A stretch of DNA of 64,000 nucleotides from Eledone cirrhosa (taxonomy: Eukaryota), in assembly GCA_964016885.1 (NCBI GenBank), contig OZ024747.1, positions 42,284,001 to 42,348,000 on the forward strand, read 5' to 3'. How positions within the stretch are numbered: the stretch's first letter is position 1; every line of letters starts with the position of its first letter. A model generated the notes under the pieces. It ran no database searches. It was not told the origin of the DNA and saw only the letters and a list, made by a program, of their open reading frames with translations. A program made the translations under genes and the position numbers. Positions 60,430-64,000 of the stretch are shown here, one piece after another.

Positions 60430-60890
60430 CACAGCCCCGGCGGACAGGATGGAGAAGGCGTTTCCCCGGAGGATGGTAAGGGAGATGCGCTGGAAGAGCC
60501 ATTCCAACTCGTGAGGCTCACACTTGCAGCTGGCCAGCTCAACGCCTATGGGGGTGAATAGGAAGGTAGCCCTAGGGCAAAGGACACCAGAAGTTTCCAC
60601 TACCAAAGGCACGACCGTGAACCTCTAGGAGAGCGACCGGTACTTGGAGAATTTGGCCTCCTCAGCCCGACGTGCAGCAGAACCTGGGTTAGTTGCAGAC
60701 TGCACCAGGTTGCGGTTGGAGAAAGTGTCGCTGCAAGTGGCATCCCAGACGAGGGGTTTGCCACCGCGGAATAGGAAGATGGTCATACCGTCTGGCCTTT
60801 TGCCGTCCCATCGGTCCAGCCCCACCGGCTCGAGCTGAGAGGGGAAGCCTGCAGCGTCCAAGCCATGCTTTATGACCTCGTTGGGGGCAG
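60430..60890 (-). pseudogene. Restriction-like endonuclease (RLE) domain of a CRE-like non-LTR retrotransposon
   Basis: LEPVGLDRWDGKRPDGMT...PLVWDATCSDT...AEEAKFSKY..PLVVETSG...LFQRISLTILRGNA (RPD..D..K..KY motif); internal stop and deletion. Confidence 0.8.
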
Positions 60891-60982
60891 CTTCGTTGAA
60901 TTTGTAAATGATCGTCTAGGGGAAGGTTTGTCCATGCGTCTATATATTAATCTTTGCATCGGTTCCCAAAACAGCGTTGTTG

Positions 60983-61188
60983 CAGACCTGTCATCTCTCT
61001 CCGTCCAACGGGGAGATCACCGACACCTTTTGGGTGGGTGAGAGATGTCATCTCTTGTGAAAATGGGTATAGGGTTAGGGTTAGGGTTAGGGTTGTAAAA
61101 TCTCCCTATTTCGCCTCATTTCTCCCCGTTTTGGGGCACTTTTTTTCATGGTACTCCTCGTTTGAGATTTTAGAGGTTTGCAGGTCTG
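60983..61188 (+). mobile_element. MITE with CAGACCTG TIRs carrying (TTAGGG)n
   Basis: cagacctg...caggtctg; tagggttagggttagggttagggtt at 61070-61094. Confidence 0.6.
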
Positions 61189-61842
61189 CTGTTGTTTATG
61201 CTGTGTTATTTTGTGTCATATAACTTAGCAACTGAAAAAATAGAGAACTATAAGTACGAAGTAGAAATATGTGCTGGGGGTCGATATGGTTGGTGAAATC
61301 CCTTGAATGTGAAGCTCTACGTTACCTTAGTTCATTTACTGAAACTAATAAAAGAATTTACAAATACATAATACACACATGAAGCGGCAAATTGTCAGAG
61401 TCGTTAGCACTCTGAGTTCAAATTCCGCCGAGGTCAACTTTGCTTTTTATGAAAAAAACAACAACCCAGTCCAGTACTGTAGCGGATACTCCCTCTATAT
61501 CTTTCTTACTTTCTATTTATCACATTCTCTCTTTCTCTGAAGAGGGATAGACTCCACCAGGTTTTAAATGCCTCCCCCCCCCCCGTCCCTCCCCAAAACA
61601 ACCCGCCGCCGTATGTTAGGAGTTACGGGTTTTAAAAAATACATTCATGATGGCTACCAACTCGTGTTTGAAAAAGATCATTCCTGCCTATTTTCGACAA
61701 ATGTCTCCGTAAAGCCCGCCAGGTTCCCGCATGTCTTTTGGTAGACTTTAAAAATATTGCTCGGTGTGTTTCTGCGCGCGCGCGCGCGTGTGTGCGTACA
61801 TCCGTATGCATAGGTGTATTCTGATATATAACCTACTCTTTT

Positions 61843-61935
<93 letters not shown>

Positions 61936-61948
61936 ATATATGTATGTA

Positions 61949-61986
<38 letters not shown>

Positions 61987-62663
61987 ATGCATGTGTATGT
62001 ATGTGTGTGTGAGCGTGTATATATAACTTCTCTATTAGAAATTGTCAGAGATTGCTGTGACGTATCAACATAGGAACTATTTATCCATTAAAACTCCGTA
62101 TTGAAGTTTAATACTATTTTATAGAGGGCTTCTGTGGGTTGGTGTGCAGCAAACGGTAGGATTTCAAGCCACTGCTATCATCACTGAAATCATGTTTCAG
62201 TTATTTGATAAAATTGACCTGCCATTTTAGGTAATGTAAATATTGACTTTTCTCAACTGAATGCCCCACCGTTGAGCTTAACTTCTCGGTGATTCGACGT
62301 AGAAACTGTATCATTCCGCATAAACCAGTTAAGTCGTTGATGAAATTATGATGGCATTGACTTCCATCGGTTTCGACGACGAGCGTTCAAGTTGTTCAAA
62401 CAGACTGCTCGTGAAATTAACGTGTATGTGGTTAAGCATTCCACGCGTAGTCTTCACGTAATTCTCGTTACAACATGAATTACAAGTACAGTTCATTCGA
62501 TGGGTTTCCAAGCAATTTCCGTTTACCCAGTTTCACTCACGAGGCATCGGTCGACCCGAAGCCAAGATAGTGGAGTTTGGAGTGTGTTGAAATGCAGTAA
62601 GATAGCTGTGAACACAGCTTAGAAAATTGGTTAAAATACCCTTACAGGCGGGAAAAGTAGTCA

Positions 62664-62740
62664 GTAGCCGCTACGGAGAATCGAACTCTGTAACTCTGAA
62701 ATCCCGGCTGAGCGCTCTGTACCATTGAGCTAACAGTTAC
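62664..62740 (-). pseudogene. tRNA-like sequence (tRNA pseudogene or SINE head)
   Basis: Minus: GTAACTG TTAGCTCAATGGTACAGAGC ... GAGTTCGATTCTC .. CGGCTAC; A and B boxes and D arm present, anticodon arm does not pair. Confidence 0.55.
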
Positions 62741-63104
62741 TTAAATAAAGCTAAATATCAGCTATATATATAAATATCAGCTATATAATAAACAAATTTT
62801 GAATGTAATGAAGCTATAAATGGAGTTGTTTAGTGGATCAAGATATTATTTAAACATAGCCAGCTGGATGTTGTTATCTAAAGTTGATGTAATCGTGCTG
62901 AAGGATCACAACTGCATCCCTTATCAGATAATCGGGAGAGGTTTCGGTGTGTTTATAAGCTCACTCTACGTACTTCCTATCTTTCAACATGCGTGACACA
63001 ACGCTGCTCTCTAAAGAACCTCGAACGCTTACCACCTTCTCACAGCGTTTGTGCTTGCCAAGTTTCTACATCCTTATTGCCTGCGTAACTTTCGTGTCAT
63101 AGCG

Positions 63105-63450
63105 TGTCCGTGTGTGTGTGTGTGTGTGAGTGGGCATATGTGTGCGTGTGTGTTTGTGTTCCTCTCTGTGCGTGTGTGTATGTGAGTGCGTGTGTGCTTG
63201 TGTGTGCGTGTGTGCTTGTGTTCCTCTGTGTGTGTGTGAGTGGGCATGTGTGTGCGTGTGTGCTTGTGTTCCTCTGTGTGTGTGTGAGTGGGCATGTGTG
63301 TGCGTGTGTGCTTGTGTTCCTCTCTGTGCGTGTGTGTGAGTGGGCATGTGTGTGCGTGTGTGCTTGTGTTCCTCTCTGTGCGTGCGTGTGTGTGTGTGGG
63401 CATGTGTGTGCGTGTGTGCTTGTGTTCCTCTCTGTATGTGTGTGTGTCTG
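63105..63450. repeat. (GT)-rich minisatellite, ~48-56-bp unit (gagtgggcatgtgtgtgcgtgtgtgcttgtgttcctctctgt)
   Basis: Directly visible, ~6 copies. Confidence 0.85.
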
Positions 63451-64000
63451 TGTGTGTACGTCTTCATGCGTTTATGAGTAGATGTACGTTTGTGTACGTG
63501 CGTGTATATGTTTGTGCACGTGTGTGTATATGTTTGTGTGCGTGTGTGTATATATGTTTGTGTGCGTGTGTGGTCGTATGTGTCCGCATATTTTTATATA
63601 TGGGTTTTATTGTTTTTTAAACGTGCTTTCCTGCCCGCGTATGTTTCGTATCAGTGTGTGTGTGTGTGTGTGTGTGTGTCTTTGTTGCTGTGTATATGTT
63701 TTGGCGCGTGATCATTTGTACGTGCGTGTATTAATATGCATATGTATGTTTTGATGTGTATATTTCTTCATGAGTGTGTATGTGGGTGCGCATATATATG
63801 TATGTATGTATAATTTGGGTCTAAAAGAGAGGGTGGGGGGAGGAGAGAAATGGCGAGGGGGTGGAAATGAATAGACAATTATGTGTTCCTTCAAGTAAGT
63901 TTTCTTAACTATTCGGCTATACTGCGTACACGGTTAATAGAGACATTTCAAATGCGAGTACTGTCTCCCGTAATGCGAAGTAGAAGGAGATAGCTAAATA

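Noticed and set aside
62664-62740. Functional tRNA gene
   Set aside because: Anticodon stem unpaired and acceptor/T stems mismatched.

Overview
Repeat-dominated eukaryotic (animal) genomic DNA with no intact host gene recognisable and one 200-N assembly gap. The very long (TA)n/(CA)n arrays and the SINE/LINE repertoire point to an octopus/cephalopod genome (inference). Content: decayed non-LTR retroelements (RTE, Tx1/L1-like, CR1-like, CRE-like RLE fragments), at least three Penelope-like element (PLE) remnants, many tRNA-derived SINEs, Helitron- and hAT/TcMar-type MITEs, a ~77-79-bp satellite and a histone H3 pseudogene fragment. The most striking signal is not in the ORF track. The short unique islands that interrupt the (TA)n arrays are mostly fold-back (inverted-repeat) elements of at least 9 sequence-unrelated families. 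By eye, about 20 of their copies carry an intact type-I hammerhead ribozyme core (CUGANGA-stemII-GAAA-stemIII-NUH with paired stem I, often with a palindromic mini stem III), and many share a 3' tail motif (ACTC...TTGAGTRCT). They look like a diverse, (TA)n-targeting population of PLE-terminal-repeat/retrozyme-like mini-elements. One pair flanks a captured histone H3 fragment. All coordinates and folds were read manually and may be off by a few bases.
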